From Eledone cirrhosa (taxonomy: Eukaryota), in the NCBI GenBank assembly GCA_964016885.1, contig OZ024749.1, forward strand, positions 22,382,001 to 22,446,000: a stretch of 64,000 nt of DNA, given 5' to 3'. Under the pieces are notes generated by a model that made no database searches, was not told where the DNA came from, and saw only the letters and a program-made list of their open reading frames with translations. Both the position numbers and the translations under genes were made by a program. Below, piece after piece: positions 1 to 12,436 of the stretch; position 1 is the first letter of the stretch, and every line of letters begins with the position of its first letter.

Positions 1-260
1 AATGCTTTTCAAAAATAATTTTGAGATAGAGTGTCCGTGCTGTTTGCTCTGATCTGATTAGTTTTGGGAATTCTACCTGTTTTTATGTTAAAAAAGTGGC
101 TCCAATTTGCAAAAATTCTTGTGGTCAAAACAATTTTGATTGGTCGGTAGAGGTCATGTGAATAAAAAATTGGTTTATGTTGGTTCTATACCAACACCTC
201 AGTATGCAGGCTGGAGCACTCGACGAAGTGCGCAGGTTGGTTTGGTTACTCCGGAGTAAT
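1..260 (-). mobile_element. Unfolded copy of the PLE-type terminal sequence that forms the 48905-49308 palindrome (truncated by window edge)
   Basis: 1-54 matches ~49055-49108 (aatgcttttcaaaaataattttgagatagagtgtccgtgctgtttgctctgatc), then continues in unique sequence instead of folding back. Right boundary approximate. Confidence 0.6.
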
Positions 261-314
261 GTATAATAAAGTTAAATAAAAAGTCAAATGTTTAAAATTT
301 AGCTTCGTTTCTTA

Positions 315-367
315 CTGCTATATATATTTCAGTGACGGCCATCTTTGGCTGTGACCTCTTCAGGCAG
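315..367 (-). ncRNA. Minimal type I hammerhead ribozyme motif
   Basis: Minus strand: CTGC-CTGAAGA-GGTCACAGCCA AAGA TGGCCGTCACT-GAAA-TATATA-TA-GCAG. Stem I CTGC/GCAG, palindromic stem III. Confidence 0.8.
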
Positions 368-754
368 TTTGAATTAGTTAACATAGCAAATACAAACACT
401 ACAGGGAGCCTCACCCCAGAAAGAATTCTATAGACTTCTGACTGAGGAATGCGCTCAGAACTGACCAATGGGAAGTTTGACACCTTTTTGTTATTTTGTT
501 CCTTTAACACCTTGTCCCCTCTACCATTTTATCAATTTTATCAACAATAACAACACTTAGAATGAGAAATGTTCTAATAACTGACCAATGAGACGAGAAG
601 AGGCCCTTTGACACTGAAATTCGTTTGTTTGAATTCATATGATTCCAGTTCCTCAGTGAAATAACAACCCAACCAGGAACTGAGCATATCAGAGTATTGA
701 CAATATTATATACCTAAACAACATATGTACTTGTCTATATCATACTAATTCAAT

Positions 755-807
755 CTGCCTGAAGAGGTCACAGCCAAAGATGGCTGTCACTGAAATATAT
801 ATAGTAG
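755..807 (+). ncRNA. Minimal type I hammerhead ribozyme motif
   Basis: CTGC-CTGAAGA-GGTCACAGCCA AAGA TGGCTGTCACT-GAAA-TATATA-TA-GTAG. Confidence 0.8.
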
Positions 808-853
808 TAATAAACGAAGCTAAATTTTAAACATTTGACTTTTTATTTAACTT

Positions 854-900
<47 letters not shown>

Positions 901-984
901 AAAGGTAAACAGAAATCACAACACAATCAGTACAGTATATGGAAGGAATATATTAGGTTAACGCTTGAAATAACAGGAAGAGGG

Positions 985-1019
985 TTTTAACGATTCAGAC
1001 GCTAGTCCTTCATCAATAA
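985..1019 (-). ncRNA. Degenerate minimal hammerhead motif
   Basis: Minus strand: TTGATGA-AGGAC TAGC GTCT-GAAT-CGT-TA. Core has substitutions and stem I is poor. Confidence 0.35.
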
Positions 1020-1218
1020 GATAGATTGAAGGGACGGGCAATATACATATATATATATATATATATATAAACATAAAATTCTGCATCCCTAGGAAGATCT
1101 AATACGATCGAAACATGATCGTTGCTTTCATATGTCTGCTCTGTATATATTTTCCACAACCATTTGTCCTGACTAATGGTATTTCAATCATCCCACTCAT
1201 GTTATTGTTTTTACATTG

Positions 1219-1315
<97 letters not shown>

Positions 1316-1522
1316 ATTCAAAATGATAGGTGCTCTACTAGTATCACTATTCCCTCCTGAAGAGGGCATTGAGCTTAACTTATCTTACCAATGAAAATAG
1401 TGAACTAGTACACTATAGCCTCATATTATATATATCTTTCTATACTATATAATATATAATATATAATATATACACACACACACATATATATATATGTGTA
1501 TAAACAAAAAAAAAATATATAT

Positions 1523-1690
1523 AGGTAAAATCCCGTTATATATAAACCATTATAACGAACTTTTCAATATAACGAAATTTTTTCAATCCCCGGCAACACG
1601 TTCGATGTGTTAGGTGGATCTCGTTATAAAGAATTTTTCGTTACAAAGAAGTTTTTTATACCCCGTGAATTTCGTTATAACGAAATATTA
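1523..1690. mobile_element. Degenerate MITE, Tc1/pogo-like
   Basis: Repeated (tt)cgttataacgaa motifs in both orientations, flanked by TA repeats. Confidence 0.45.
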
Positions 1691-1698
1691 TATATATA

Positions 1699-2325
1699 TA
1701 TGGTGGCTGCCAACTCGTTTTCGAGTACGGCCACTACTTTATATCCATGTAGGAGAACCCCTACCGATGCGCTGAACGAGTGTGACTTTTTAGTCCAGCC
1801 AGCGACTTGAAAACTCTGGTACAAACACTACACTCTTGACAATGCTGTGGATGCTGTCAATGCTTGACAGTGCTGGGCCCATGGTAACATGTGACGACAA
1901 GTGCAGAGAGATCTCCAGATATAAAGCAATGTCTGTGCCGTGAAGCTTTTATAGTGAGCAAAGGCACTGCACAAAGCCAGTACCACTCTCTTAACCAAGA
2001 TGATATTTACCAAAAAGAAGAACAAGTCAAAATCATTGGATACCATCAGGGTTGCAGGTGTTATATCAGAGTTTTCCTTCTCCTAGAATTCTGCCTTGAC
2101 AAAGGCTAAGGCGTCATCTCTCCCGGTGATTTTGGATGGCCATTGACTCTTAAGAGCTCCTTTGCCCTTTGACAGGTTTTGTTTTTAGTCCTGCAGGATG
2201 TCCAAAGTCACCCTCCTCACCAAGAAACCTTGGTGGAGTTGCCAGTTTAGTCGCCAACGACCCGACCATGAGACAGGTCGTACTGGGATACATGTTACCA
2301 GTAGCACCAACTGGTGACCTGACAT
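1699..2325 (-). mobile_element. ~600 bp non-autonomous retroposon (SINE-like, possibly RTE-derived), copy 1
   Basis: Near-identical copies at 5471-6047, 6157-6200 and 53190-53718. All share the end ...gtactcgaaaacgagttggcagccaccat followed by a microsatellite tail. Confidence 0.8.
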
Positions 2326-2389
2326 ATATATACACATACATATATATATACATACATATATACATACATACATATACATATACATATAC

Positions 2390-2422
<33 letters not shown>

Positions 2423-2538
2423 CACGTTTGAATATGTATAATAAAGCCAAAACAATGCAGGTATGGACATAGAAAAAGAATGCAATTGCAAAAGATATTG
2501 TTGACAATTCGTCTTTTACCTTAGATTTATTTAAATGT

Positions 2539-2573
2539 CCTTAATTTTCGAGATAATATCTCTTCTTCAGAGG
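2539..2573 (-). ncRNA. Minimal hammerhead motif in PLE 3' terminal region
   Basis: Minus strand: CCT-CTGAAGA-A-GAGAT ATT ATCTC-GAAA-AT-TA-AGG. Confidence 0.7.
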
Positions 2574-2961
2574 GAAATAAAGGTCTCAAACCGGCGTTCT
2601 AAATAGCTTGCCAAGTCATGCTGACAGGAAATAGTATAGAGTATCTGTTCTATCTCTAATGTCAAAGAGTTAAAATTAGGTGGGTAAAGAGTAGTCTTCC
2701 TTTAAAAGGAGTTTGTTTTGGGTTTTTTTTTCATATACATGCCTGTTTAAGTGTGTGGGAGAATGCATGAAGGTGTAAGTATGTGAGTGTGTGTGTGTGA
2801 GTGTGAGAAGATAAGTCTATTCGTAAATGTGGGGGATAGGTGTTATCTGGTGTTAGAACTGGTTTTGTGTGTGTATGTGTGAGAGAGAATAAGTGGAGGT
2901 CTAAGCGTGTGTGTGTGTGGGGTGTGTAAATATGGGGCTAGAAGCCCTATCAGGTTATAAA

Positions 2962-4808
2962 TTAGGTGTTGAGTTCTAGTCTATTATTGATTGTTGGTTG
3001 TGTTTTATCTATAATTAGTGCTTCCTTAATTCTAAGATTGCCGAGGTTTCTTTCCTTAGTTTCTATCCTAACTGTTATGGTTTTGTCGGTGTTTTTGCAT
3101 TTAACTAGGTGTTTCTTAAATGAGGAAGCGTTAGTATTGAGGTGTTCTTTTATTCTTATGTGGAATGGTCTAGTGGTGCTACCTACGTAGAAGTTGTTGC
3201 ATTTGTCACACTCTAGTCTGTATACGACGTAAGCCTGGTGGCATAGGTTTGTGTCGTTGATGGGGCAGTTGGCTAGTCTGCAGCAGTTGTCATGTCTGGT
3301 GGAGTGTCTTTTGGTTAGCTGTCCGCGTAGAGAAGGACCTGAGTGGGCCAGTTGGATATCTAGTCCCTCTCGTCTGATGGCTCTGCGGATGGCTGTTGTT
3401 GTTTCTTCACTGAAGTGTGGAGCTTCAGGAAGTAAGTGTTAGTGCCTCGGGTGTGGTGTCCTCTGTTCTTTCTGGCACGGTTTGTGGTGGATGTCGTGTA
3501 TCCGTTCAGTTTGAGTACTTCCAGGAAATGTGTGGTGTGTGTGTCTCGGTCTCTAACGTCGGTGCATTTGTTCCGGATACGTGCCAGTTCGTTCCTTATG
3601 TATCCGAACTAGGCACCGAGTAGGAGGGCCGATCTGAAATGTACGAACAGGTCCCTGCTGGCGGCTTTTTTATAGAAGCAGGTGTAGATGTTGCCTTCCT
3701 CTGTTACCCTGAGTTGGAAGTCCAGTAGGGATAGGGATCCGCGGTCATCGGGGTGCTCCATGCTGAACTTTACACTGGCGTCTATGCTGGAGAATGTTGT
3801 GTATATTTTATCTGCCTCCTCACGGGATGATGTAAGGATGAGTATGTCATCTACATATCGGGTGAAGAAGGCATGGGAATGGCAGGTGTTGAGGGCTTGT
3901 CATTCTAGCTGGTTCATGTAGGTGATGGCCAGCAGGCCCGATAGGCTGGATCCCATGGGTAATTCTGTTGTCTGTCTGTATGTGTGGTGGTGGAAGGTGA
4001 AGTACTTGTTGTCTACTGTGAAGGACAAAAGCTGGTGTATGTCGGTCGGGTGGAGGCCGTAGCAGTGGATGTCCTCTGCGACCACGCAGTCCGTCAATAA
4101 ATCGACAGCGGGATGAGCGGGGACTGTAGTGTAGAGGGAGACAACGTCGAGGCTAAAAGCGTATTTATTTAGTTTAAGTTGTTCTGGCTGGAGTTGGTGT
4201 AGTCTACGTATACCTTCGTCGGAGCTACTGACATGCCCGGGAAAGGTGGAGAGTAGAGGCTTGAGGACCTGGGAGAGGAGCCAGGAAATTTTGTATGGGG
4301 GTCCTTCTATGCTAGAGAAAATGGGTCTTATTTGCGGCTTAGTACTATTCTTGTGGGTCTTGATGAGGTGGTAGAAAGTGGGCAGTCTGCTATTTCTAGT
4401 GGTGTAGTTGAGCTTAACTTTATTTGGGAGTTGTCTTCTCCTACAGATATCGAACCAAATGGAGTTGGTCTGTTTTTCGATCTGGGCTGCAGTCATGTCC
4501 GGGATCTCTGTGTATAATTCATTGTCGCTTAGGTGATCAAAGGCTAGGTTATTGTATGTGGCTTGAGAGATGACGCAAAACTCTTTACCTTTGTCGGATG
4601 GTAAGTATATAAGTTCCCTATTCCGTAGGTTCTTCAGGGCGAGTTGTTGTGTCCTGGAGAGGTTTGGAGCTATCTTCTTCTGTTTCCGTAAGATGTTAAA
4701 TACGGAATGTTTTAGTCTCGAGAGTTTTTCTTCAAGCTCGCGGTTGGCAGGCGGTGGACAGAGTGGGCGATCCAGTTGGTATATCGGGAATCTGGGTTTG
4801 AATCTTAG
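2962..4808 (-). pseudogene. PLE reverse transcriptase / GIY-YIG endonuclease ORF, disrupted
   Basis: Only the C-terminal ~300 aa of ORF 3900..5459 are real. In-frame TGA at ~3900 and probable frameshifts before the endonuclease, which stops at 2962. Confidence 0.85.
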
Positions 4809-5053
4809 TATATATATATATATATATATACACATACATATATATATATATACACATATACATATACATATATATATATATATACACATATACATATATA
4901 TATATATACATATATATATATACATGCATATATATATACATATATATATATATACATACATATATATATACATATAAATATATACATACATATATATATA
5001 CATATATATATATATACATACATATATATATACATATATATATATATACATGC

Positions 5054-5098
<45 letters not shown>

Positions 5099-5118
5099 CA
5101 TATATAAATATATACATA

Positions 5119-5170
<52 letters not shown>

Positions 5171-5259
5171 CATATATATATACATATATATATATACATA
5201 CATATATATATACATATATATATATACATACATATATATATATACATATATATACATAC

Positions 5260-5291
<32 letters not shown>

Positions 5292-5423
5292 ATATATACA
5301 TACATATATATATACATACATATATATATACATAGACATACATATATATATATATACATATATATATATACATACATATATAGACATACATATACATATA
5401 TACATATACATACATATATATAT

Positions 5424-5470
<47 letters not shown>
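4809..5470. repeat. Long (TA)n/(TACA)n compound microsatellite
   Basis: Direct inspection. Confidence 0.95.
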
Positions 5471-6047
5471 CATGGTGGCTGCCAACTCGTTTTCGAGTAC
5501 GGCCACTACTTTATATCCATGTAGGAGAACCCCTACCGATACGCTGAACGAGTGTGACTTTTTAGTCCAGCCAGCGACTTGAAAACTCTGGTACAAACAC
5601 TACACTTGTGACAATTATTGACACATGGTGCTGGGCCCATGGTACCATGTGACGACAAGTGCAGAGAGATCTCCAGATATAAAGCAATGCCTGTGCCGTG
5701 AAGCTTTTATAGTGAGCAAAGGCACTGCACAAAGCCAGTCCCACTCTCTTAACCAAGATGATATTTACCAAAAAGAAGAACAAGTCAACATCATTGGATA
5801 CCATCAGGGTTGCAGGTGTTATATCAGAGTTTTCCTTCTCCTAGAATTCTGCCTTGACAAAGGCTAAGGGGTCATCTCTCCCGGTGATTTTGGATGACCA
5901 TTGACTCTTAAGAGCTCCTTTGCCCTTTGACAGGTTTTGTTTTTAGTCCTGCAGGATGTCCAAAGTCACCCTCCTCACCAAGAAACCTTGGTGGGGTTGC
6001 CAGTTTAGTCGCCAACGACCCGACCATCAGACAGGTTGTACTGGGAT
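5471..6047 (-). mobile_element. ~600 bp non-autonomous retroposon, copy 2
   Basis: Near-identical to 1699-2325. Confidence 0.8.
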
Positions 6048-6156
6048 ACATACATATATATATACATAGATATATATACATACATATATATATATATGTA
6101 TATATATGTGTATATATGTGTATATATACACATATATATACATATATATACATACA

Positions 6157-6200
6157 TATGGTGGCTGCCAACTCGTTTTCGAGTACGGCCACTACTTTAT
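6157..6200 (-). mobile_element. Heavily 5'-truncated copy (last ~45 bp) of the same retroposon
   Basis: atggtggctgccaactcgttttcgagtacggccactactttat lying between microsatellites. Confidence 0.75.
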
Positions 6201-6278
6201 ACATATATATACACACATATATACGTACGCATATGTACATATATACATGTATACCCCCCCCCCACATATATATATATA

Positions 6279-7003
6279 TGGGGGGAACTAAAAGGACGAA
6301 AAACGTGTCAGTACTATACGAACATGCCAGACAACAACATGACGGTAACATAGACAACATAGAAATTAGAATAATATCTAAAGATAGAGATGACCCAGCA
6401 GATATGCAAATCAGAGAGGCCAGTGAAATAGAACTTAGAAGACCAAGACTAAACAGAAAGAATGAATGGAATAACAACAACACCTAAACAAACAACACTG
6501 ACCTAAGAGAAGTATAAATAAGTAAATAAAATAAAATAAATAAATAAATAAATAAATAAATAAATACATACACAAGCACATAAACACACACTAGTCACCC
6601 AATCATGAACACACATCACACATCAAACAAAACACTACACACACACGCAAACGCATGCGCAAAAAGACAAAATAAAATAAACAAACAAGCAAATAAATAA
6701 ATATATATATAGACAGACTGAATAAAAATGGCGTAGACATACAATGTAACGAGAGGAAACAATAGCACCACTGACGATGTTGCAGATGTGCAACGAAAGA
6801 TTTATGATAAACTATATATATGTGTTTGTATCTATATTGTATCTGTATGATTTTTGACCATCGGTCAGTCAATGGCAACATTGAGGACCGAGTAAATTAG
6901 GTTACCGATATAAAAGACACAGAAGCGAAAAGCGAAAACCAACCAAACAGTGAGTGTGTTCTGTTATTAATTCTTGCAATATTACACAAATATGACCCTC
7001 CCC
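6279..7003 (+). mobile_element. 3' fragment of a Penelope-like element (GIY-YIG C-terminus + 3' region)
   Basis: SVLYEHARQQH...QIREASEIELRRPRLNRKNEW* (stop 6487) resembles the end of PLE endonucleases. HHR follows at 6767. Confidence 0.7.
6767..6808 (+). ncRNA. Minimal hammerhead motif
   Basis: ACCA-CTGACGA-T-GTTGCA GATG TGCAAC-GAAA-GATT-TA-TGAT. Confidence 0.7.
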
Positions 7004-7104
7004 ATATATATATATACATATATATATATACATTCTCATCTCGGGAACAATAGCGCCAGTTCGTAATCCGAACTCGGGAATTTTATATTCTCCGAGTGAA
7101 AAGA

Positions 7105-7191
7105 ACCTTCTGACGAGAGTTTATCTTTTCAATGGAGGCCCGCAAGGACTATCCATTTATTTTTGAGACTCGAAACCGTTTCGGTAAAGGT
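7105..7191 (+). ncRNA. Type I hammerhead ribozyme with long stem II
   Basis: ACCTT-CTGACGA-GAGTTT...(AATGGA..cc GCAA gg..TCCATT)...AGACTC-GAAA-CCG TTT CGG-TA-AAGGT. All three stems pair. Confidence 0.85.
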
Positions 7192-7799
7192 AACCATAGT
7201 GAATACAGTGAATTTTTTGAAATTTATTTTGAAACTTTTTCTTATTTGCTAAACCTTGATTATATATATGTATATATGTATATATATATAAACACAGCCT
7301 ACATAACTTCTTTTGTTCTGCCACAGATTGTTCGAATTTAAACTGGATGGACAGCTAATACCTCAACATAGCAATTACTTCATGGTGATTGAGAATTTAG
7401 TAGGATTAATAATATAACGGAACAAAGGATTCGATTTTAAATATTTGTGATTGCCTAGGAAAGCTATTTTCACAATCGACAACGTTGAAATGACCGAGAT
7501 AACATTATATGTTATAGATAGATTTCCTATTTATTTATTTAAAGGTTGTGACGATGGCATGAGTTATATGTATAAGCCAAATAGCTCTATTGTTAGCACA
7601 CGCCTCACCATACGTTGCATAAAACATTTGACACTATAATTATTGTGAAAGATTACGAAAGTAATTGCTTCTTGTACGCGTTGACTGTTTTTGTTTTGGG
7701 TTTGACGTAGTTTCATTGGTTTTTGTGGGTTTTGGAATTTTGTTGGTTGTTGTTGTTGTTGTTGTTTTGTTTGTTTTTTTGGTCTGCACGTTTTAAGTT

Positions 7800-8280
7800 A
7801 TAAGTATGAATGAAGAGGAGGGGTAGGTGAAGAAGGAGGCAGAGGAGGAGGTGAATGAAGGAGGAGGTGAATGAAGGAGGAGGAGAAGGATGTGGAGAAT
7901 AAGAAGAAGGTAAGCAAGAGTAGGAGGAGGAGGAGGTGAAGAAGGGGTGGAGGAGATGATGAAGGAGGAGGAGAAGGATGTGGAGAATAAGGGGAAGGAG
8001 GAGTCGAAGAAGGAGGAAGAGGAGGAGATGATGAAGGAGGAGGAGAATGATGTGGAGAATAAGAAGGAGGAGGTAAGGAAGAGTAGGAGGAAGTGAAGGA
8101 AGAGGAAGGGGAGGAAGAGAAGAAGAAGGATGAGAAGGATGAGAAGGATGAGAAGGGTGAGGAGAAGGATGAGGAAGAGAAAGATGAGGAGAATAAGAAG
8201 GAGCAGGTGAAGGAAGACGATTAGTAGTAGTAGTAGTAACAGTAGTAGTAGTAGTAGTAGTAGTAGTAGAAGTAGTAGTA

Positions 8281-8331
<51 letters not shown>

Positions 8332-8388
8332 ACAGTAGTAGTAGTAACAGTAGTAGTAGTAGTAGTAGTAGTAGTAGAAGTAGTAGTA

Positions 8389-8436
<48 letters not shown>

Positions 8437-8454
8437 ACAGTAGTAGTAGTAGTG

Positions 8455-8487
<33 letters not shown>

Positions 8488-8511
8488 ACAGTAGTTGTAG
8501 TAGTAGTAGTA

Positions 8512-8562
<51 letters not shown>

Positions 8563-8564
8563 AC

Positions 8565-8596
<32 letters not shown>

Positions 8597-8660
8597 AAGT
8601 AGTAGTAGTAGTAGTAGTAACAGTAGTTGTAGTAGTAGTAGTAGTAGTAGTCGCAGGAGG
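7800..8660. repeat. Purine-rich low-complexity tract followed by (TAG)n
   Basis: Direct inspection. Confidence 0.95.
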
Positions 8661-9059
8661 AGGAGGGAGATGTAAAGAGACAGATAAAGAAGTCTAGTCT
8701 CTGCGCATGTCAAGCAGTCTAGCTGTCTAGCTTCTGTTATAAATACGTGTGTAAGTGTAACAAAGTAACTGCAATATGGCAGTGGAATGGCAGAATCGGT
8801 AGAACATCGGGCAATATGCTTTGTGGCATATAGTTTACGACAGCTCTTTATGTTCTGTAATGGACCTGCTTTGAGTATCCACCTTGTTATAATGGTATGA
8901 CACACCTGTTTAGTATATCTGTATGAAACGAGGGTAAAACCAAAGTATTCACCAAGCGTAATTTCGAACTACCAATGCGAAACTACGTACACACAGTCTG
9001 ATAGTTAACTTCAGTTATTATGTATAGACATTTCAGGGTGGTGGATTGGCAGTTTCGGT

Positions 9060-9316
9060 CAGTCAGGGTGACTGTAGCTTTTTGTGGTCTTTCTCCACGA
9101 GTGACCCTCGAAGTCTTCACACTTTTTGGACTTTGATATGATTGATTATAATAATTATTTAAATGTTTATTTTTTTAGTCTCTGTTATAAATATTGTTTT
9201 ACACAAAAACAATGCCCGCACTGTCCCGTCCTGTACCGTCCTGTACCGTCTTTATTGTTTTCTTAACATGAGCCCTTTGGGGTTAATAAAGAAATCAATA
9301 TTATTGTTATTATTAT
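9060..9316 (+). mobile_element. 5'-truncated L1/Tx1 3'-UTR copy with (ATT)n tail
   Basis: Similar to the reverse complement of 19735-19960 (cagggtcactgtggcc...ggttaataaagaaatcattatt). Confidence 0.7.
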
Positions 9317-9326
9317 TCAATGCACA

Positions 9327-9535
9327 AAGGGTGGTGTATTGGCAGTATCGGTAGAGGGTCGGACGCCATGCTTTACAGCATAGAGTTACGGTCTGAGTTC
9401 AAATCCCGCCGAGGTTAACTTTGCGTCCTTACGTGGTCGATAAAATAAAGTACCTGTCATGCACTAGGGTCGATGAAATCAACTTTCCACTCCCCCAAAA
9501 TTGTTGGCCTTGTGCCTATATATAAGAAACCATTA
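9327..9535 (+). mobile_element. tRNA-derived SINE family A
   Basis: A-box-like TGGCAGTATCGG, B-box GAGTTCAAATCC, central gtcgataaaataaagtacc, (ATT) tail. Many copies in the window. Confidence 0.8.
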
Positions 9536-9629
9536 TTTATAGACATTTTGCCTAGTCCACTTTTAGTTATGAGGGGGTGTTCAGGGTTTTTCCTCTACAA
9601 CATACCTGTACAGTATACACTCATAGCTT

Positions 9630-9897
9630 GGAGAAGAACAACTGGGAGGAGGCACTTGTCCAAGCAGTAAGGGTCTCCGTGGCTTTTTGTGGTCTTTCTC
9701 CACGAGTGACCCTCGAAGTCTCCCCACTTTTTGGGACTTTGCTATGTTTGATTATTTAAATGTTTAGTATCTGTTATAAATATTATTTTCCACAAAAACA
9801 ACGCTTGCACTGTACCGTCATGTGGCGTCTTTAATGTTTTCTTAATGTGAGCCCTTTGTGGTTAATAAAAAAAATCATTATTATTGTCGTTATTATT
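9630..9897 (+). mobile_element. 5'-truncated L1/Tx1 3'-UTR copy with (ATT)n tail
   Basis: Paralogous to 9060-9316 and to the 3' UTR at 19735-19980. Confidence 0.7.
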
Positions 9898-10495
9898 TAA
9901 TGCCCTGCGGTAATCAGTTGTCTTGTGCCAAAAGTAAAAAAAATCATTAAGGTACCAGTAACGAACTGAGGTCGATTTAATCGACTTTTCCCCTCACCCA
10001 AAATGGCCTTGTGCATACATCAGAAAACATTATTATTATTATTATTATTGTTATTATAGTTGCATATATCTTGCTTTATGTTCATACGAGTTATCACCAA
10101 GTCACAACCAGTGACCTCAATAGACAACAAGGTCCGCCATGTTCAAGAAAGAACATACATACACACACATGCATCTTTAGTTGTTTAGACTTGTGATGTA
10201 CTTATATCGACAGAATCTTCCTTAGTATATGGGAAGTTCCCATTAGTACTATCTTTTGTATTATTATTATTATTATTATTATTGACGAAAGTGGATGTAC
10301 GTTTTTTGAAGCTCCGTGAGTAAGCAATTTTTTTGAGAATTAATTGTGGAGAATTGTTTATTTTTTTGTACCGCTGAAGCATTATAAGACATTCATTTGT
10401 ATCCTGTGAAGGAATAACTGATAATATTTGGGCCTTTTGGCCCAAATATTTGAACTTTACTTTGGAAAAATAATAATTTTTTTTCTCAAAAAAAC

Positions 10496-12407
10496 ATGGC
10501 GGAGCCACGCCCCCTAGAGGCGGGTCTGCTGTCGTGCAACGGCGACTTGAGCGTTGAGAGGAGAGGTGAGGCGAGGAGCGCCACCAGCACGAATGTGAGC
10601 AGCGACAGTGCCAGCACCAACGGGCCGAGCGGCGCGGAAGGTGGTAACAGCGACAACACCAACACCAACAAGCCGAACAGCGCAGAAGGTGGTAATAGCG
10701 AGAGCACCAACAAAACGAACAGCACAGAGAGTAATAGTAGCGACAGCAACAGCACCAACAAGGCCAACAGCACAGAGGGTAACCACGACACAGGGGAGAA
10801 CAACAACAGCAATAGCAGCAGCAACACCAACAAGAACAACAACAGTGACAACACCAACAAGAACACCTTCGCTGCTGTGGCAGCGGCTAAAAGGAGACCA
10901 TGCTACAGCATCGACTTAACCAACAGAGAGGAAAAGTTGGCCCAGGCCTGGAAAATCATAAATCAAGAGCAGACCTGGGCAAACTTAACTGTCCCGGCAG
11001 AAGCCATTGAGGCAGTGGAAAAAAGAACGGTGCATTTCAGATGCATCTCAGTAGAGACAAAGAGGGCAGCGATAATTGCCCAAGCTGATATAGAAGCCGC
11101 ACTGAAATACATCAGAGAGGACACAGACTTCATAGAGAGGGGCAGGCAATACGGCACCGTTTCGGTGCTGTTCAAGTCTGAAGCCCTCGCTGTGAAGCAT
11201 TCAATGACCCCTTGCAAAACCAGCAAGGTTATAATGTACCCCTCCCACATGGGAAAACGAATAGCACGTGTGCGCATTCCCAGGATTCCACCAGGACTTG
11301 ATATGTGGTGGCTCCTGGGTTGCGTAATCGTGGAAGGAACGGATACAGTCCCGGTAGAGGCAACGAGAACTGCCAGGGACGACTGGTCCGGGGTTGATCT
11401 GGAGATACTGCTCCAAATCAGACCCGAAAACGTAAAAGCAATCCCGGACCACATCCGCCTCCAAAACGGGAGGGTGTTGCATATAATGACTGAGGGCAAA
11501 AGGCCGCATTGTTTCCTTTGTGGGGAAACGACACACTTGCGAGCCTTCTGCTCTCAACTGCCGAAAAGCGCAAGGGGTCGAAAGATTCCACTGCTGGCGA
11601 CGCCGGGACAAGGACCACCAGCAACACCGTCAACAATGGAACCACCAAAATTGCACACCCAGGGGGGAAACGAGGAAAGCTCTCCCATTCCCCCTCCCCC
11701 CCCAAAATACACACACGAACAAGAACATAAACACTCACTCAGACACAAACACGCTCACAGCCACAGACCCCTCATCCTCCAGCAGTGAAGATGAGGGAAA
11801 ACCAAAGTCCCCCAAAATACAAAAAACAAAACACAAAAAAAAAAGAAATCCACAAAGCACAAACACCCCCACAAAAAAAAATACACACACCACCCACACA
11901 AACATTTTCCCCACAGCATCACCAACACAACCACCAAAATCCCCCAAACGCAAACAAGCTAAACAGACACAAGAACAAATAGACACACAAACATCAGAAA
12001 CTACAGACACCCCACCCACAACAAACGCAGACACAATAGAAACAACACTAACAAAGCTATCACCACCACAATCACACGAACAAATAAAACCCGAGCAACA
12101 AAACATTAAAAACTTCGTGCTTGCCAGAAGGGCCAACAAGGAATTGATGGCCCATGTAGCACGAAGCACAAACATCGAAAAAGACGGGGAAACATTTGAA
12201 GCGAGCACATTTCGCGTACCAGATAATTTGCTTCTGATGCGAATGTCGCTCGCTTCATACAAAGAAATTCGAAAGAGCTTTCCTCGGGATGTGGGAACCC
12301 CGAACGTAAAACCCACGTCAAGACTATTAAAGGGGTTCCCAAAAGAAACCCCACAAACCATGGAGGTCGAACCACCCGACCTTCACAAGACCCCGGAAGG
12401 TAAGTAA
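10496..12407 (+). pseudogene. Tx1 ORF1 gag-like protein (one apparent frameshift near 11700)
   Basis: ORFs 10496..11788 and 11520..12407. CX2CX4HX4C knuckle CFLCGETTHLRAFC. Homologous to 23358-25300 on the minus strand. Confidence 0.8.
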
Positions 12408-12436
12408 ACCTTTCCTCTCCCATTCATCCTGCCAGC

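Larger units (their letters stand above)
262..860. repeat. Inverted repeat (arms ~262-378 and ~744-860, ~365 bp spacer), each arm with a hammerhead motif; ends in (TA)n
   Basis: Arms are reverse complements with a few substitutions. Confidence 0.9.
2424..4808 (-). mobile_element. 5'-truncated Penelope-like element (RT + GIY-YIG) inserted in (TA)n
   Basis: RT motifs [54 protein letters not shown]...HL...EALII. 3' region carries an HHR. Confidence 0.9.

Noticed and set aside
3898-3903. In-frame TGA in the PLE RT as possible selenocysteine recoding
   Set aside because: A single TGA in a copy with other lesions. CGA>TGA decay is simpler, and no SECIS was identified.
4732-5596. Long YI/IY-rich ORFs, and similar ones at ~51300-52050, ~53700-54130 and ~57250-58290
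   Set aside because: Translations of (TA)n/(TACA)n microsatellites.
1699-6047. Two ~600 bp direct repeats flanking the PLE, read as LTRs
   Set aside because: They are separated from the PLE by microsatellites and also occur alone at 6157 and 53190; independent insertions.
7793-8905. 370 aa poly-Leu ORF and other homopolymeric ORFs
   Set aside because: Trinucleotide repeats lacking stop codons in one frame.
8671-9035. Possible solo LTR (TGT start, TATA-like motif)
   Set aside because: No clear end, target duplication or second copy.
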